Part shown: one piece after another, positions 48,167 through 50,494 of the stretch
Layout of the letters: each line of letters starts with the position of its first letter
Position numbering within the stretch: position 1 is the stretch's first letter
Assembly: GCA_031364845.1 (NCBI GenBank)
Contig: JANLWX010000058.1
Coordinates: 1 to 50,494 of the forward strand
Direction of reading: 5' to 3'
DNA length: 50,494 nucleotides
Source of the DNA: Candidatus Eiseniibacteriota bacterium
GTDB taxonomy: Bacteria; Eisenbacteria; RBG-16-71-46
Translations under genes and position numbers: made by a program
The notes under the pieces: generated by a model
The model's input: only the letters and a program-made list of their open reading frames with translations
What the model was told of the DNA's origin: nothing
Databases searched by the model: none

Positions 48167-50290
48167 TTGAATTTCTCGATTCACCTCGCCCCGAACATTC
48201 CATGGATCCTGTTCGCGCTCGGCACGGTCGCCGTCGTGGTGCTCGGGCTGTGGGTGTACCGGTTCGTGATTCCGCCGCTGCCCGCGTTCGCGCGCGGCGC
48301 GCTGCCGGCGTTGCGGATCACGGCCCTCGCGGCGTTGCTGTGGCTGCTCGCGCAGCCGGTGCTCGAACGCATCGAAGGCTCTGGCGGACGGCTCGTGGTG
48401 CTGGAAGACCGCTCGGGCAGCATGGAGCTGCCGGCCGTGGCGGGCGGCGAATCGCGCGCGAACGTCGCCAACCGTGCGGCGGAACAACTTCGCCGCACCG
48501 GCCGCAACGCGACGATCCTGCCGTTCGCGGGACGGCTGGGTGCGGATTCCGCGCGCTCGGTGCAGCCGGGATCGACCGCACTCGGTGATGCGCTGTCGGC
48601 GTTCGCGCGCTCGGCGGATGCCGAGCAGGCGGGAGCGGTCGTGGTGGTGAGCGACGGCGCCGTGAACGCGGGCGCAGATCCGGTCGAAGCCGCGCGCGCG
48701 CTCGGGCTTCCCGTGCACGTGGTCGTGATCGGAGAACCCGGCGCCATCGATCGTGCGGTCGCCGGCATCGATGCCTCGAGCACCGCACAGGTCGGGCGTC
48801 CGATGCTGGTGCGCGCGCGCGTCACCACCACCGAGCCGCGCGGCACCGCGATCCCGGTCGTGCTGCGCGATCGCGATCGCGAGCTGGGCCGCGCGACCGT
48901 GGCCGCGCCCGGCTCGGGCGCCGAAGCGCTCGCCGAGTTCCGCGTGACACCGCTCTCGCCGGGGCTCGCGGTGTGGACCGCAAGCGTGGATTCGCTGGCG
49001 GGCGAGATCACGACCGCGAACAACGCGCGCCAGGTGGCGGTCGAGGTCGCGCCGTCCAAGCTCGGCGTGGTGCTGATCTCGGGCGGGCTCAACTGGGACT
49101 TTGCGTTCGTTCGCCGTGCGCTGCTCGGCGACTCGAGTCTCGCGGTCAGCTCGTGGGTGCGCGGCCGCGACGGCTGGGCCGCTCTCGGCCGCGCGCGCGC
49201 CGCGGGGCCGGGTCCCGAAACGCTGCGGGGCCAGGCGGTCGTGGTGCTCGATGCGGTGGCACCGGGTGAAGTGTCGCCGGCGTTCGATCAGGCGCTGCGC
49301 GCGTTCGTGGCCAATGGCGGGGCGGTGCTCGCGTTCGGCGGACCGGCTCCCGGCGTGGCGCGCCTGCGGAGCGGCGCGTTCGCGCGCGATCTCGCGTTCG
49401 CGACCGATGCCGGTGCCATGACGCCGATGGCTTCACCCGAACCGGTTGCCGAGGCGCGCGACCTCGTGATGTGGGACGACGATCCCGCGCGCGGCGAGCG
49501 CGCGTGGCGCGCGGCGGCGCCCCTCGAGGATCTCGCACCGATCGCCGCGGGCGCCGGCGATCGCGTGCTGGTGCGCAGTGCCGGCAAAGGTCCGCCGCTC
49601 CTCTTGGTGCGCCGCATCGGCCGTGGCCAGGCGCTGATCGTCAACGGCACAGGTATCTGGCGCTGGTCGCTGTCGGGCACCGACGAACTGTCCGGCGAGC
49701 GCGGACGGCGGCTGTGGCGCGGATTGGTGCGCGCGCTCGCGGAGCCGGTGCAGGGCGAACCGCTGCGCGTTCGCCCCGAGCGCTGGCTCACCTCCGCCGG
49801 CGAGCCCACGCGCGTGTTCGCCACACTCCAGGATGAAGCATTCCGTCCGGTCGCGGGCGCGAGCGTCGAGGGTGAACTGCGCGATGCCGCGGGGCGCACA
49901 CGCCCCATCACGTACGCCGCGGGAAGCCCCGGCAGCTACGTCGCGAATCTCGAGGACCTCGCTCCGGGCCGTTACCGCGTCACCGCGCGCGCGACACGAG
50001 GCGGCCGCGAGCTGGGCCGCGCGACGAGCGAACTCGCCGTCGATCGCTGGAGCCTCGAACAGTCGCGCACCCTGCCCGACAGCGCCGCCCTCGCCGCGGT
50101 CGCGCGCGCCTCCGGGGGACAGGTGCTGAAGGCCTCGGACCTCGGCCGCGGAGCGCCGCTCGAGATGCGGCGTCTGGGGCGCGAACGCACGAATTCGCTG
50201 CGGCTGTGGGAGTCGCCGTGGGTGTTCGCGCTGATCGTCGCGGCTCTGAGTCTCGAGTGGGCGTGGCGCCGGCGGCGCGGGTTGCCCTGA
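48167..50290 (+). CDS. Membrane-anchored VWA-domain protein (VWA, Ig-like and GATase-like regions)
   Basis: Two N-terminal TMs. MIDAS elements DRSGSM, STALGDAL, VSDG. GEITTANN; FVANGG; GIWRW. C-terminal TM followed by EWAWRRRRGL. Confidence 0.8.
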   Translation: MNFSIHLAPNIPWILFALGTVAVVVLGLWVYRFVIPPLPAFARGALPALRITALAALLWLLAQPVLERIEGSGGRLVVLEDRSGSMELPAVAGGESRANVANRAAEQLRRTGRNATILPFAGRLGADSARSVQPGSTALGDALSAFARSADAEQAGAVVVVSDGAVNAGADPVEAARALGLPVHVVVIGEPGAIDRAVAGIDASSTAQVGRPMLVRARVTTTEPRGTAIPVVLRDRDRELGRATVAAPGSGAEALAEFRVTPLSPGLAVWTASVDSLAGEITTANNARQVAVEVAPSKLGVVLISGGLNWDFAFVRRALLGDSSLAVSSWVRGRDGWAALGRARAAGPGPETLRGQAVVVLDAVAPGEVSPAFDQALRAFVANGGAVLAFGGPAPGVARLRSGAFARDLAFATDAGAMTPMASPEPVAEARDLVMWDDDPARGERAWRAAAPLEDLAPIAAGAGDRVLVRSAGKGPPLLLVRRIGRGQALIVNGTGIWRWSLSGTDELSGERGRRLWRGLVRALAEPVQGEPLRVRPERWLTSAGEPTRVFATLQDEAFRPVAGASVEGELRDAAGRTRPITYAAGSPGSYVANLEDLAPGRYRVTARATRGGRELGRATSELAVDRWSLEQSRTLPDSAALAAVARASGGQVLKASDLGRGAPLEMRRLGRERTNSLRLWESPWVFALIVAALSLEWAWRRRRGLP

Positions 50291-50494
50291 CCCGGACTGT
50301 TCGTGCGCGGTTCATGGAAGGGCCAGGGTTGAGGGTTCGGCGGGCGGACTTCGCGCTGTTAAACGCAAATGAAGTGACCGCGTTTAGCAAGTGAACTGAC
50401 CGCTGTGCTGCCGGGGTCGTTTCGGCCCCCCGGCAGCTTTCGCGGAGTCAGTTCGTGGAAACGACCTCCAGGGATGCCCGCACAGCCCCGATCG

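Overview
High-GC bacterial chromosomal window, almost entirely + strand and densely coding (34 supportable CDS). I see no rRNA, tRNA, CRISPR array, transposase or integrase. The FlgD-Ig/T9SS-type C-terminal domains and lipoprotein types suggest an FCB-superphylum organism such as Ca. Eisenbacteria (inference only). Gene order: a c-di-GMP operon (REC-GGDEF; GAF-histidine kinase-GAF-HD-GYP fusion; single-domain REC), priA, HD hydrolase, exported TPR protein, a divergent lone ilvC homologue, HU/IHF, Zn peptidase, ltaE, GT-C glycosyltransferase, rsmI-PIP synthase-ino1-tmk, ctpA-HAD-dusB-larB-larC-tandem ABC ATPase, a ~10 kb cell-surface cluster, asparaginase II, a subtilase, an M16 peptidase-like pair, ppdK, GT2, a second CDP-alcohol phosphotransferase and a VWA membrane protein. 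Best candidates for undescribed biology: (1) the surface cluster, comprising a 1461-aa secreted protein behind a structured ~350-nt leader, two related Ig-repeat lipoproteins and a small CTD protein, all enriched in D-S/T-hydrophobic glycosylation sequons; (2) the kinase-HD-GYP fusion operon; (3) an apparently catalytically dead M16 pair with a LolA-like domain; (4) inositol-lipid synthesis with a histone-like tail on Ino1. All domain calls are by-eye motif recognition, not database searches.
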